Shown here one piece after another: positions 42,000-52,710 of a DNA stretch of 64,000 bases. The position numbers and the translations under genes were made by a program. Numbering within the stretch: the first letter of the stretch is position 1; each line of letters starts with the position of its first letter. The notes beneath the pieces were generated by a model that was given only the letters and a program-made list of their open reading frames with translations, was not told where the DNA came from and made no database searches. The stretch comes from Gemmatimonadota bacterium (GTDB lineage Bacteria > Gemmatimonadota > Gemmatimonadetes > Palauibacterales > Palauibacteraceae), in the NCBI GenBank assembly GCA_963666735.1, contig OY762926.1, positions 3,264,001 to 3,328,000 on the forward strand, written 5' to 3'.

Positions 42000-42613
42000 G
42001 CGATAAGCTCCATTCGGGCGGGTTTGCGGGTGCGGCGGATCAGCAGGAGACCCGGTCCCGCCATGAAGAGGATCAGCCCGGCGGACATCACCAGATTGTT
42101 GGAGGCGTGCGGCCACGTCAGCATGGTGCCGCCCAGGGCCCACCAGCAGATGGCCAACACCCGGAACAACGCGCGATCGCATAAGGAGGACGACGTAAAG
42201 AAAGCGGTCCCGATCACGATGGCCATCACGGCTGGGGCGATCGGGCCCGGCAGCGTTCCGGTTCGGGCTCCGCAGAATCCGAGCAGCATCAGCCCAAGGC
42301 CGCATCCAATCCAGATTGCGGCGAGAATCCTGTTGGCTGACGAGTCAACCGCCGCGTGCTTTCGCCTCCAACGCCGCAGAGGCATGGAGAGCCCCCAGCC
42401 GATTCCGAGCGCTGTGCTCCAGACGAGACTGGGCGAAACGCGAAGCACACCGCTATCCGCCCAATAATCGAAGGCCTCGGCGACCGCGAGCACGCTGCCC
42501 CACAACACAAAGTGCCAGCCGTTGTTGGACACGGTCTCCCGCGCGTCTTCCATCAGGCGACGAATGATGGCCAGGTCGTCTCCCGCCTGCTGTCTTGAGT
42601 TCGCTTCGCCCAT
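41996..42613 (-). CDS. Multi-TM membrane protein (sensor-like partner of the regulator)
   Basis: DDLAIIRRLMEDAR...FVLWG followed by about 6 TM segments. ATGA-coupled to the wHTH gene. Confidence 0.8.
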   Translation of the reverse strand: MGEANSRQQAGDDLAIIRRLMEDARETVSNNGWHFVLWGSVLAVAEAFDYWADSGVLRVSPSLVWSTALGIGWGLSMPLRRWRRKHAAVDSSANRILAAIWIGCGLGLMLLGFCGARTGTLPGPIAPAVMAIVIGTAFFTSSSLCDRALFRVLAICWWALGGTMLTWPHASNNLVMSAGLILFMAGPGLLLIRRTRKPARMELIA

Positions 42614-42635
42614 CGAATCCTCGCCAATCCTCGCC

Positions 42636-42649
42636 ACAGAGTACTCTGT
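42636..42649. promoter_or_regulatory. Perfect 14-bp palindrome, probable operator of the wHTH regulator
   Basis: ACAGAGTACTCTGT, about 23 bp upstream of the operon start, in an AT-rich patch. Confidence 0.7.
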
Positions 42650-42806
42650 AATTTAGAGCTTAGGGATCGAAACCCGCCCACGTCAACTTCGTCCCAACAG
42701 TGAGGTACTTGGTCGGACGCCGCCGCTATGGCCGAACCCGGGCTGACCCTGTCATGTTGATCGACAGTCTGAACACCTGAAGGGTTGCCGACCGGGAGTA
42801 TTGGAA

Positions 42807-43676
42807 ATGACCGTAGGACGCCGCGCCCTGTTGACCACCGCCGTGTTGACCGTCGCCATCGTCGCGACGGCGCAGGCGCACACGATGTTCCTGAAGCTCG
42901 AGAGCTTCTTCCTGGAGCCGAACTCCACGAACGTCGTCGCGCTCCTGAACGGAGACTTCGACAACAGCGAGAACCACATCACGCGCGACCGCATGCTGGA
43001 TGTCAGCATCGTGGGGCCGGATGGGGTCATGCACCCGCCGACCGAGGCGTGGCGCGACACGGCGATGTTCCACTGGCACGCCGACAGCGTCGACACGGCG
43101 CTGCTCACCTTCGAAACGGGTTCTCCCGGCACCTACCAGATCGGCGTTTCGACGGCGGCCCGCGTGTTCACGCTCACGGCGCAGGAGTTCAACGACTACC
43201 TGGTCCACGACGGCGTGGTGGACGCGATCGCCGAGCGCGAAGCGGCGGGCAGGACGAACGACGAAGCCACCGAGCGTTACAGCAAACACGTGAAGGCGAT
43301 CGTCCAGGTCGGGGATGCCCGGAGCGGGGAATGGGGCGGGGAACTTGGCTACCCGGTGGAGTTCATCCCGCTGCGGAATCCCTACGACCTGGGCGTCGGC
43401 GACGAGCTTCAGGTGCGCTTCGTGCGAGCCGGCGCGCCGGTGGCGAACCAGGTCGTGTATGCGAACCACGAGTTCAACCACGCGCACGACGACACGGGCG
43501 GTCACGTCGATGCGGTCACGACCCGCACGGACGGGGACGGGGTCGCGACGATCCCGCTCAGCGCCGGGGGCCGATGGTACATCCGGGCGATCCACATGGT
43601 GGAGACGACGTCCGAACCGGATGTGGACTACGAGTCGAACTGGGCCACGCTCACCTTCCAGGTCCAGGGCGGGTAG
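42807..43676 (+). CDS. DUF4198 (NikM-like) secreted protein
   Basis: Signal ends AQA-H; ERYSKHVK, VEFIPL.NPY, RTD.DG, W....HM...YESNWATLTF. Confidence 0.85.
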   Translation: MTVGRRALLTTAVLTVAIVATAQAHTMFLKLESFFLEPNSTNVVALLNGDFDNSENHITRDRMLDVSIVGPDGVMHPPTEAWRDTAMFHWHADSVDTALLTFETGSPGTYQIGVSTAARVFTLTAQEFNDYLVHDGVVDAIAEREAAGRTNDEATERYSKHVKAIVQVGDARSGEWGGELGYPVEFIPLRNPYDLGVGDELQVRFVRAGAPVANQVVYANHEFNHAHDDTGGHVDAVTTRTDGDGVATIPLSAGGRWYIRAIHMVETTSEPDVDYESNWATLTFQVQGG

Positions 43677-43717
43677 ACGGAAGCCGAACCCGGGAATCCG
43701 GCTGCGGGGCGCGCGGG

Positions 43718-44880
43718 CTAGTAGCCGCGCTCCCGGTCCACCACGGCGAGAAGCGGCTCCCCGACCGCGAAGCGCCGCAGGTTTTCGCGGAAGAGGATCC
43801 ACATCCGCTCCATGTGCCCATCGGAATCGCCACCCAGGTGGGGCGTGATGATGACGTTCGGCATGCCCCACAGCGGATGGTCGGAGGGAAGCGGCTCCGG
43901 CTCCGTGACGTCGAGCCCGGCGCCGCCGATGCGCCCCTCCCGAAGGGCGTTCGTCATCGCTTCCGTATCGGTGGTCCGCCCGCGTCCCAGCGTGATGTAG
44001 AGGGCGGTCGGCCTCGTGAGCCGGAAGAAGGCCTCGCCGATGAGGCCGTCGGTCGCCGGGGTGAGGGGCAGGGCGTTCACGATGACATCGGCCTCCGGGA
44101 CGAGGTCCAGGAGCTCGGATGCCAGTCCGATGCGCTCAACGAAGTCGGGTCCTTCGCGGCTGCTGTTCCGCGTGGCGATGACCCGCATCCCGATGCCGTG
44201 CGCGATGCGGGCGGTTTCCGTCCCGATCCCGCCGAGGCCGATGACGAGCATCGTGCGACCCCGGAGTTCGAGCAGTTCGCTCCCCTCGCCGACGTAGGGA
44301 GATGGTCCGGTGAGCGGTCGGATGTCCCAGCGCCTCTCTCGCTGCAGGCCGAGCGCCGTGTGGAACCGTCGCGCCAGCACGAGCGCCATGCCGAGGGCGT
44401 GTTCCGCGCCCCCGGGGGCGAAGATCCGCTGGGCGTTCGTGATGACGAGATCCTCGGCATCGGCGAGTCCGGGGATCGCCAGGTAGCGTTCGACGCCCGC
44501 CGAAGCGAGCTGCACCCAGCGGAGCCGGTCGCCGGCGGCGAGGATGTCCGCGTTCAGCACGCCGAGGACCGCGTCGGCGTCGTGCGCTTCGGCCGCCGCG
44601 GCCTGTCCGTCTCCGACGACGACGAGGTCCACGCCCGGGGCGACCTCCGCGAGTTCGGCCGTGCGGCCGGGCCACAGATCGGCGACGACGACTTTCACGG
44701 GCGCCTTCCAGTCAGGGGAGGATCGATCGGGCGAGGGGCCCGGGCGCAGGCCGAGCACCCCGGCCGGGGTGGTCTCCGCTTCGGCCGCGCTCTCCGGCGG
44801 ACGATCGGCGGCGCAGCCCGCGATCGCCAGCGCGGCGAGCAGCGAACAGAGGCGGCCCGGCGACGGCGCTACGGATTCCC
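43718..44880 (-). CDS. D-2-hydroxyacid dehydrogenase (start unresolved)
   Basis: LRWVQLASAG, VIGLGGIG, LPLTPAT, GAGLDV..PEPL, ITPHLGG. N-terminal LAIAGC lipobox-like segment. Confidence 0.88.
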
Positions 44881-45954
44881 CCCCATCCGCTCCTGATAGC
44901 GCGCGCCGCTCAGGACGTTGGACATGGCGTAGTTGCCCTCGTGGCACGCGTACTCGTAGAGCAGATGGTTGAATCGCGTGAACGGAACCTGTCCGCTCCA
45001 GGGGCTCGTGTACACGGCGGGATCGTCGATCGTGAACTCGTAGAGGATCGTCTCCTCGTCCACGCGCGTGAAGCGCTCGATGACCTTCCGGTCCTTCGAG
45101 GGCGGCACCCCCCGAAATGCGTGTTCCGGGTTCAGGTTCGTGGTCTCGACCACGAAGGTGCGGTCCTCCCAGTACCCCCACGAGTTCCCGAACCACGGAG
45201 TCACGTGGTCCGGTTCGGGCCGGCTCTCGAGGCGCTCCCGCGGGTCCCGGATCGGGATGATCCGGGCGTCGTGCACCATCTCGGCCATGATCACGACGAA
45301 GTCCTCGTTCTGCGCAATGGTGTAGCTGTTGTTATACCAGTAGTTGGGGAGCATCGGCGGCCCGGCGCTCGATCCGAACGATACGATGCACCGTTCCGCG
45401 AGCGGCCGAAGCTCGGGGTGGTCGTACTGCCCGAACCTGCCGCGGAACTCGGCCGCCTCCTCCAGCCGCCGCCGGGCCTCCGGCGTGAGATCCGGAATCC
45501 GTCCGTCCGCCGGGTCGGTGACGAGGGAACTGCGGGGCTCGCCGTTGACGACCGCCACGCGTTCGCCCGGCTCCCGGTAGAACTCGTCGTAGCAGGTCGT
45601 CGCCCCATCGATGCAGACTCGGTGCTCGCCCCCCGGGGGCAGCGGCCGGGCAGGGTCGACGGGGGCCGTTCGCTCGGCGACGGTCTGTGCCCGTCCACCT
45701 TCGATGGCGGCGACTTCTGCCGGGCTCAGCACGGATCCCTGGCCTTCGGGACGTTCGAAGGGGGTGAGCGTCTGGTTGGTCCAGTTCCCCTGCAGGTCGG
45801 GATGGCCGTGCGCGGTGAGCGGTGGCTCCCAGTCGCCGGAGGTGGTCTGCGTGCGGGCCGCGCCGGGCTGAATAAGTACCGCGGCGGCAGCGAGCCCGAG
45901 GACGCCGGTCGAGATGTAGGTGAAGGGGCGCGCGGCGGGGTGGTCCACGTTCAT
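44869..45954 (-). CDS. Secreted conserved hypothetical protein
   Basis: Signal peptide; GHPDLQGNW..TLTPFERP, ERC, EMVHDARII, GNSWGYWE, YEYACHEGN. GAGGAG RBS. Confidence 0.8.
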   Translation of the reverse strand: MNVDHPAARPFTYISTGVLGLAAAAVLIQPGAARTQTTSGDWEPPLTAHGHPDLQGNWTNQTLTPFERPEGQGSVLSPAEVAAIEGGRAQTVAERTAPVDPARPLPPGGEHRVCIDGATTCYDEFYREPGERVAVVNGEPRSSLVTDPADGRIPDLTPEARRRLEEAAEFRGRFGQYDHPELRPLAERCIVSFGSSAGPPMLPNYWYNNSYTIAQNEDFVVIMAEMVHDARIIPIRDPRERLESRPEPDHVTPWFGNSWGYWEDRTFVVETTNLNPEHAFRGVPPSKDRKVIERFTRVDEETILYEFTIDDPAVYTSPWSGQVPFTRFNHLLYEYACHEGNYAMSNVLSGARYQERMGGNP

Positions 45955-46035
45955 CGTTCCTCCTCGGTACCGGCATCGGAATCGGCCGCATGGCCAATCT
46001 GCGCTTCCGGACCCTGGGGCGCGAGACGTGAAACG

Positions 46036-46065
46036 CGAAAGGGCCCGAGTGGCCGGGCCCTTTCG
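46036..46065 (-). terminator. Intrinsic terminator-like hairpin
   Basis: CGAAAGGGCCCG-agtggc-CGGGCCCTTTCG, 38 bp downstream of the 46103 stop. Confidence 0.75.
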
Positions 46066-46102
46066 GAGGAAGCTTCAGGACAGGCGGGACGGGGCGTGAG
46101 GC

Positions 46103-47275
46103 TCAGACACCTCCGCCGCCGCGCCGCCGCGCGGTCCGTCCCGTCGACCGCCCTCCCGAACCCGACGATGAAGTGCCGATCGACGATGTCCCCCGCGAGG
46201 ACCCGGTCGACCGGGTTCCGACTCTGGAGCTTCCGCTGCTGTAGCCCTGTCCGCTGATCACCCGGCCGCCGTTGTTCCTGGGCTCCGCACGGATGATCGT
46301 CGGTCCGTATCCATAACCGTAGCCGTAGGGATACCCGTATCCGAAACCGAAGGGCGAGTATCCGTATCCGTATCGGTAGCCGAGCGACCCGTAGTAGGGG
46401 GAACCCCAGCGGGAACCGCCGCCGTAGAACGGGTCGTAGTATCCGCCGTAGCCGAGCATGGACCGTTCGCCGCCGCCGCCGCCGCCCGCGGACACCGCGA
46501 AGCGCTCGGGATAGCTTCGTGCGATCATCATGTCGATGACCCCTTCCGACACGCCGGCATCGGCGAGTTGCACAAGCCGGTCGGCGTCGACCGAGAGAGG
46601 CGCCTCGTGTTCGACGATCCAGGCTTCCACGGCCTCGGGATCCACATGAGCCTGCGCCTCGATGATGTCATCGACCGAGTACCGCCCGGACGCGGCGAGT
46701 CGCAAGGAGCGTACGGCCAGGCTCCGGCCGGCCGCGATCTCACCGAGGCCGACGGCCTCGGCCTCGCTCTGCGTGGCCAGCCGGTATCGCGTCACCCACG
46801 TCAGCTTCTCTTCGCCGACCGTGACCACCTGCGCATCGATCCAGGCGTCGGACGAAATCATCGCGAACATCCCGCTCGATGATCGGTCGACGCCGCCCTC
46901 GCAGACCTGGCCCACATCCATGAACACCCGGCCCGGGCGCGAGGCGAAAACCGCGCGACGCGATCCGCTGCACCCCTCCAGCGCCGCCTCGTGGGGCAGT
47001 CCATCCGCCCGCACGACTTCCCGGGCCGCGATCTCGCCGTCTTCCACGGCGATCATTTCGACACCGGCCTCTTCCGCGCTCGGCCGGAAGCAGAGCAGAG
47101 ACTCCGGCGCGTCCGCGCTCGTCGAGGTACGAACGGGCTGCCAGCAACCCATCCAGGCGAGCCAGCGTTGGTCCATCTCCTGCGCCGCCACGGTCGACAG
47201 CGGTCCGGCCGCGAGCATCATGCCGGCCGCAACGAAGAGGGCGGAGCCGATTCCAGCAGTTCGCTGTTTCGTCAT
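46103..47275 (-). CDS. Secreted hypothetical protein with Gly/Tyr-rich and Ser/Gly/Arg-rich tail
   Basis: Signal peptide; W.AWMGCW; GYGY repeats; GAGG RBS. Confidence 0.78.
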   Translation of the reverse strand: MTKQRTAGIGSALFVAAGMMLAAGPLSTVAAQEMDQRWLAWMGCWQPVRTSTSADAPESLLCFRPSAEEAGVEMIAVEDGEIAAREVVRADGLPHEAALEGCSGSRRAVFASRPGRVFMDVGQVCEGGVDRSSSGMFAMISSDAWIDAQVVTVGEEKLTWVTRYRLATQSEAEAVGLGEIAAGRSLAVRSLRLAASGRYSVDDIIEAQAHVDPEAVEAWIVEHEAPLSVDADRLVQLADAGVSEGVIDMMIARSYPERFAVSAGGGGGGERSMLGYGGYYDPFYGGGSRWGSPYYGSLGYRYGYGYSPFGFGYGYPYGYGYGYGPTIIRAEPRNNGGRVISGQGYSSGSSRVGTRSTGSSRGTSSIGTSSSGSGGRSTGRTARRRGGGGV

Positions 47276-47294
47276 GTGACCATACCTCGAGGTT

Positions 47295-48041
47295 TTATAG
47301 CCGTACGGAGAAGCCGAACGCGGCGCGGAGCCCGTTCAGGTCGATCTTGTCGAATCCGACGAAGCTCTCCCCCATATTCGCGCTGGCCCAAGAATAACGC
47401 GCTTCGGCGGTCAGAATCCACCGCAGCCCGATCGAGTAGTCGAATCCGGCCGTCGCGTAGGCGAGCGCGGATCCGTCGCTGGACGTGAAGTAGTCGTAGA
47501 AGATGTCCAGCGTTTCGTAGTCGACGAACTCGCCCTCCTGCTCGAATTCATACCATACGAAGCCGGCGCCGCCTCCGACGAAGGGAGCGAACTTGCTCGG
47601 AATCCAGGCGAGATTGCTGATCCGTCGTCCCCGCTCCGTGAGGTAGGCCTTCACGCCGACGGTGAACGGGACGCGACGGAAGTCCGTCGTCTGCAGGATC
47701 GGCAGGTCGTCATTGCCGATGAAATCCCGGGATTCGGAGTCGATCTCGCTGTTCGCGTACCCGATACCCAGCGCCAGATCGACGCGATCCGTGAGCCGAA
47801 TGCCGAGGTCGGCGGCGATCGCCACCGCGTTGAAATCCTCTTTCTCGATCGTCAGTTCGTCGCGCGAAAAATCGAAGATTTCGCTGTCGGCGCGGGGTAT
47901 TGCGTACCCGATTCGAGCGCCGAGGGTGATGGAAGGACGCCCGAAGAGAAAATCCTGCGCCACGACGGCTTCGGCCGCCCAGGCTCCCCCGATGACGGCG
48001 AGGACGGCCGCCATCGAGGACTGTCTGAATCGGTACGACAC
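47295..48041 (-). CDS. Outer-membrane beta-barrel protein (OmpA/Opa-like)
   Basis: GGAGG RBS + GTG; signal peptide; PFVGGGAG; amphipathic strands ending FGFSVRL. Confidence 0.82.
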   Translation of the reverse strand: MSYRFRQSSMAAVLAVIGGAWAAEAVVAQDFLFGRPSITLGARIGYAIPRADSEIFDFSRDELTIEKEDFNAVAIAADLGIRLTDRVDLALGIGYANSEIDSESRDFIGNDDLPILQTTDFRRVPFTVGVKAYLTERGRRISNLAWIPSKFAPFVGGGAGFVWYEFEQEGEFVDYETLDIFYDYFTSSDGSALAYATAGFDYSIGLRWILTAEARYSWASANMGESFVGFDKIDLNGLRAAFGFSVRL

Positions 48042-48215
48042 GTTACCTCCTTCACGGCGCCTGAGCGGAACATCATTCGCTTGCGCCAACCGGGTTTTCG
48101 GTCTGCCACTCCTAACACGAAGCAATCCCCGGACGGGTCACATCTTCACCGGCCACCCGTCCGCCACCGCTACGCGGGCGCCGCCACGCCCCCCGGCCCG
48201 GCCCTCGCCGAACTC

Positions 48216-48246
48216 CTCGTGTCAGCTGCTCGTGTCAGCTGCTCGT
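48216..48246. repeat. 13-bp tandem duplication across a stop codon
   Basis: CTCGTGTCAGCTG x2 plus CTCGT. Confidence 0.85.
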
Positions 48247-48906
48247 TACGACCACCGGCGTCTGCTGCTGGACCTCGCCCCCGTCCGAGTCCCGCGCCGT
48301 GACGGTGATCGTCGTGCTCCCGACCGTCACGCCCACCACCGTGAGGGTGCTGCCCGAGACCGCCCCCACCGCCACGAGCGTGTTCGCGGTCGTGACGCCG
48401 AACGTGAGGTCGTCGCCCTCGGGATCGCTGAAGTACTGCGACAGATCGATCTGGCGTACCTGTCCCGCCGCCAGGCGCAGCGCCGGGAGCGACTGCGCGG
48501 CGGCCGGGGGCTGGTTCGGCACCGTGATCAGGAAGTTCTGCACGGCTTCGCCGCCGGATTCATCGCGAGCGAAGAGCAGGCCGCCCGCCTGACCGGTCCC
48601 GACCCCGACCACCGTCATCGTGCTGCCCGAGACGGAGACGCCGGCCACGAGCGCGTTCGATGTCCCCGCGCCGTACAGGAGCGGATCGCCGTCCGGGTCC
48701 TGGAAGAAGCCCGACACGTCCACCATCACATGGTCGCCGGCCGCCACGGTCACCGGCGGCACCACGCCTACCGCGGCCGGCGCTTCGTTCGCGGGCGTGG
48801 GCTCCATCGTATCCTCGCTCTCGATGCATGCCCCGGCCACGAATATGGACAACGCCACCGCGACGCAGACGCCCGCGCGTCCGAAATTGAGATGTTCACG
48901 CAGCAT
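48235..48906 (-). CDS. Lipoprotein with two cadherin/Ig-like repeats
   Basis: Lipobox VAGAC; two N..P.A...D.S..F.DP.GD.L..G..T.N.LVA...VSGST.TVVGV repeats. Confidence 0.82.
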   Translation of the reverse strand: MLREHLNFGRAGVCVAVALSIFVAGACIESEDTMEPTPANEAPAAVGVVPPVTVAAGDHVMVDVSGFFQDPDGDPLLYGAGTSNALVAGVSVSGSTMTVVGVGTGQAGGLLFARDESGGEAVQNFLITVPNQPPAAAQSLPALRLAAGQVRQIDLSQYFSDPEGDDLTFGVTTANTLVAVGAVSGSTLTVVGVTVGSTTITVTARDSDGGEVQQQTPVVVTSS

Positions 48907-48963
48907 GTTTTTTTCTTCCTTACGCTCTTGAGAAGGGTTCAGCCCGTCCGGCCCGAGTGGCCA

Positions 48964-51042
48964 TCAGGGCAGTGCCAGCGCCGCAAGTCCGTCCGTGAGT
49001 TGAATGATCACGTACTGCTTGCCCTCGTGGACCCAGCTCGACATCCCGTAGCGCGTGTTGCCGGGCAGCTCCACCTGGCCCACGCGCTCGCCGGTCCGCT
49101 TGTCGACCGCGAACAGGTGCGGCGTCCCATCGCTCGTCTGTCCAGACGCAAGAAGGAGCGTCGGAGTTGCAACCATGGCGGAGTGGCCGCGCCGGCCCTG
49201 GTTCGGATTCACGTCCGCTCCCTGCAGCATCGGATGGTCGCGGATCACCGCCTGCTGCCGCTCCGGGGCGTCGCCATGCGGGATCATCCACAGGTGTTCG
49301 CCCGTGTTCACGTCGATTGCCGTGATCCGTCCCACCGGCCCCTTCCAGATCCTCAGTCCCTCGACCGTCGCCTGGTCCGCCGTGTTCTCCGTCACGACGC
49401 CGGTCGCGCGGGAGAATTCGGAGTGGGTGACGCCCGTTTGATCGGGTCCGTCGAGTTCGGATTCGATACCCGGCGCCACCATGACCGGCGAGCACCCGCT
49501 GGTGGACGTGACGAACACGATTCCGTTCACGGGGTCGGCGGCGGGCGGCCCGGTGATGTTCGCGCCCCCGCCCCCGCCGGGGCAGATGAGCGCCGGCCCC
49601 TCGCCATCCGGGTTCCCGACGTGCGTGGGCGGGTTGAAGAGCGGCGCGAAGAGATCGTTCTCCCGCGCGTATTCGAGCGCCATTTCGCGCAGTTCGGGCG
49701 TGTAGTCGATGAGGTCCTGCTCCGTGCGGCCCTGCAGGTCGTAGGGCGGAGGCCACGTGGGGTGCGGCTGCGTCGGAGAGAGCTTCTCGCCCGGCACCTT
49801 GGAGGCCGGGACCGGCCGCTCCTCGATGGGCCAGATCGGCTCGCCCGTCTCGCGGTCGAGCGCGTACAGCCACGACTGCTTCGTCGCCTGGAAGACCCCC
49901 TTGACCGGCCGTCCGTCGACGACGACGTCCATGAGGACCGGGGCGGTCGGCGTGTCGTAGTTCCAGATGTCGTGGTGCACGAACTGGAAATGCCAGCGGC
50001 GCTCTCCCGTCTCCACGTCGAGCGCGACGATGCTCGTGCCGAAGAGGTTGTCGCCGGGGTGGAAACCGCCGTAGTAGTCGATCGTGGCGCCGTTGGTGAC
50101 GAGGTAGACGAGTCCGAGTTCCGGGTCCGCCGAGAGCGGCGCCCAGGGGGAGACGTCACCGGTCCACTGCCAGGCGTCGTTCTCCCAGGTCTCGTGCCCG
50201 AACTCGCCCGGACGCGGGATGATGTGGAACTTCCACTTGAAGTCCCCCGTGCGGGCGTCGTAGGCCAGAATATCGCCCGGGACCATCTCCTTCCGCGTCT
50301 GGTTGTATCCCTGCTCCGCGGAGTTGCCGACGACGACCACGTCGTTCACGACGATCGGCGGAGAGGAGGCGGTGATGTAGCCGATCTCGAGCGGCATCCC
50401 CTGATCCGGGTCGTACTCCTGGTTCAGGTTCTCCCAGGGTCCCCAGCCCTCGATGAGGTCCGCGACCAGGTCCACCGTCCCCGTGGAGGGGAACCCCGGC
50501 AGCGGCACGGCCTCGCCCCAGTTCTCCAGCGGCCGGCCGGTGTCCGCGTCGAGCGCGTAGAGGAAGAAGCCGGGACTGATGATGTAGACGACGCCGCGGC
50601 CGTCGATCTCGGCGTAGGCGACCCCCTTGCCGTACGCCTTTCGCATCGAGTACTCGTGCCGCCAGGTCATGGGTTCGGCGAAGCTCCACAGGAGTCTCCC
50701 CGTGGAGGGGTCGAGGGCGATGACATGCCGGTTCTCGCCCGTCACCGTGATCATCTTGCCGTCGACGTAGGACGGCGTAGCCCGCGCCGTGCTCGGCCCG
50801 AAGCTCGAAGCGTCCCAGCGCCACGCGACCTCGAGGCTCTCGAAATTGGCGGCATCGATCTGCGTCGCCGGCGTGTAGCGGGTGTGCCAGGCGTCACCGC
50901 CCATGTACGTCCACGCCGCCCCCTCCACGCCCGGGCCCTGCGCCGCAACGGGGGCGCCGGCGGTGGCTCCCGCGATGGATCCGAAGAGAAGGGGGAGAAG
51001 AAGGGCGCTGCCCGGCCGCGAACTCCAGTGGTTCTTCATCAT
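48964..51042 (-). CDS. PQQ-dependent quinoprotein dehydrogenase (GDH-like)
   Basis: RYTPATQI...N...LEVAW, AYDARTG...[41 protein letters not shown]. Confidence 0.9.
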   Translation of the reverse strand: MMKNHWSSRPGSALLLPLLFGSIAGATAGAPVAAQGPGVEGAAWTYMGGDAWHTRYTPATQIDAANFESLEVAWRWDASSFGPSTARATPSYVDGKMITVTGENRHVIALDPSTGRLLWSFAEPMTWRHEYSMRKAYGKGVAYAEIDGRGVVYIISPGFFLYALDADTGRPLENWGEAVPLPGFPSTGTVDLVADLIEGWGPWENLNQEYDPDQGMPLEIGYITASSPPIVVNDVVVVGNSAEQGYNQTRKEMVPGDILAYDARTGDFKWKFHIIPRPGEFGHETWENDAWQWTGDVSPWAPLSADPELGLVYLVTNGATIDYYGGFHPGDNLFGTSIVALDVETGERRWHFQFVHHDIWNYDTPTAPVLMDVVVDGRPVKGVFQATKQSWLYALDRETGEPIWPIEERPVPASKVPGEKLSPTQPHPTWPPPYDLQGRTEQDLIDYTPELREMALEYARENDLFAPLFNPPTHVGNPDGEGPALICPGGGGGANITGPPAADPVNGIVFVTSTSGCSPVMVAPGIESELDGPDQTGVTHSEFSRATGVVTENTADQATVEGLRIWKGPVGRITAIDVNTGEHLWMIPHGDAPERQQAVIRDHPMLQGADVNPNQGRRGHSAMVATPTLLLASGQTSDGTPHLFAVDKRTGERVGQVELPGNTRYGMSSWVHEGKQYVIIQLTDGLAALALP

Positions 51043-51068
51043 CCGTCCGCTCTCGCTGTTCTCTCTTC

Positions 51069-51112
51069 CGCAGTACGCGCGTCTCACCGTCGCAGTACGC
51101 GCGTCTCACCGT
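51069..51112. repeat. Perfect 22-bp tandem duplication
   Basis: CGCAGTACGCGCGTCTCACCGT x2 in the divergent intergenic region. Confidence 0.9.
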
Positions 51113-51296
51113 TCCCGGCGCCGACGCAGGGTTTTGCCACGGCTGCCAAGGATAACACTCCATCGTGGACGCGCGTTTCCCGGGACGCAACGTCTCCTTG
51201 CACGCGGGCGACGTTTCTTCGCACTGTATCAGAGAGCTAAAGAGGAGTCGCTGGAAGCGGCAGCGGGAAGCAGTGCCATCTGCAGGAGGATGCCTC

Positions 51297-52691
51297 ATGC
51301 GTGGATCGCATCGTCACTCGAACCATGCCTGGTCGCGCGCAACGGCCTTGGCCGTCGTTATCGTGCCCGTTGCGCTGGGTCTCGCGTTCGGGGATCTCGC
51401 GGGACAGGGGCCGGCGGCGAACGGGGTGAACGGCGCCGCCGGGGCGAAGGCCGACGTCACATTCTCGAAGGACGTGGCCCCCATTCTCCAGGCGAACTGC
51501 CAGATCTGCCACCGGCCGGGATCGGTGGGGCCGATGCCGCTCCTCGAATACGGCGACACGCGGCGCTGGGCCTCGCGCATGAAGGACCTGGTCTCGAAGC
51601 GGCTCATGCCGCCCTTCCACCTCGACACGGGCCTCGGAATCCAGGACATCAAGGATGACTGGCGTCTGAGCGAGGCGGACATCGAGACGATCGTGGCGTG
51701 GGCCGATGCCGGCGCTCCCGAAGGGGATCCGGCCGACATGCCGCCCCCGGTCGAGTGGCCGAACGAGCAGAAGTGGCAGCTCGAGGACATCCTCGGCCCG
51801 CCGGATCACGTGATCCGGTCGAAGCCGTTCGACGTGCCGGCCGAGGGCGGCGACACCTGGTGGCGGCCGCGGGTGCCGACGGGGCTCGAGGAGGATCGCT
51901 GGGTAATGGCGTTCGAGACGCGGCCTTCGTTCCCGGCCGGGCGGCAGGTCGTGCATCATGCGATCCCGCGCCTGCTCAGGCTCAACGAGGAAGGGGATTA
52001 CCAGCGCATCCAGAGCCTGTCCGAGTACGCCATGGGCAAGGTCGGGGAGATCGTGCCCAACGATGCGGGGCGGATGCTGAAGGCGAACGACATGATCGAG
52101 TGGGACGCGCACTACTATCCCATGGGATATGACATCCCCGGCGATCAGGTCGAACTCGGGATCTGGTTCCACGAGGACGGCTACGAGCCGGAGTTCCAGC
52201 AGGATCTGCGCCTCTATCCCCTCAGGGGCGACATCGCGCTGGCGCCGGGAGGGACCGCCATGACGCAGGGGTTCCACCGCTGGGACCACCCGGTGAGGCT
52301 CGACAGCTTCCAGCCGCACGGGCACGTCCACCTGCACGCGATGTCGATCCAGGCGCTCTACCCCGACGGCAGGCTCGAGCTCATCAGCATGGTCACGGAC
52401 TTCGACGCCCGCTGGCATCACAGCTACATCTACGAGGATGATGTCGCGCCGCTGCTCCCGCCCGGCACGGTCCTCGTGATGACGGGGTGGTACGACAATA
52501 CGGCGGAGAACGAACTGACCCCGGATCCGGAGATCTGGTACGCCCGCGGGGCGCGCACCGGGGATGAGATGTCGCACGCGTGGCTCGCCGTGACGCACCT
52601 CAGCGAGGAAGGCTACCAGCGGCTGGTCGAGGAGCGTGAGGCGAAGCTCGCGACCGACGAAGACAACGACGACAGCAACGACGACCACTGA
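51297..52691 (+). CDS. Cytochrome c / copper type II (PHM/DBH-like) monooxygenase fusion
   Basis: AGGAGG RBS; signal peptide; CQICH heme motif with MPP; VHHA, DAHYY, PHGH, DEM copper ligands. Confidence 0.85.
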   Translation: MRGSHRHSNHAWSRATALAVVIVPVALGLAFGDLAGQGPAANGVNGAAGAKADVTFSKDVAPILQANCQICHRPGSVGPMPLLEYGDTRRWASRMKDLVSKRLMPPFHLDTGLGIQDIKDDWRLSEADIETIVAWADAGAPEGDPADMPPPVEWPNEQKWQLEDILGPPDHVIRSKPFDVPAEGGDTWWRPRVPTGLEEDRWVMAFETRPSFPAGRQVVHHAIPRLLRLNEEGDYQRIQSLSEYAMGKVGEIVPNDAGRMLKANDMIEWDAHYYPMGYDIPGDQVELGIWFHEDGYEPEFQQDLRLYPLRGDIALAPGGTAMTQGFHRWDHPVRLDSFQPHGHVHLHAMSIQALYPDGRLELISMVTDFDARWHHSYIYEDDVAPLLPPGTVLVMTGWYDNTAENELTPDPEIWYARGARTGDEMSHAWLAVTHLSEEGYQRLVEEREAKLATDEDNDDSNDDH

Positions 52692-52710
52692 CCTGCAACT
52701 GAGACGGAAC

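Noticed and set aside
47662..51240. 1192-aa plus-strand ORF, the longest in the track
   Set aside because: Antisense to three motif-bearing genes; R/V/H-rich composition typical of high-GC shadow frames.
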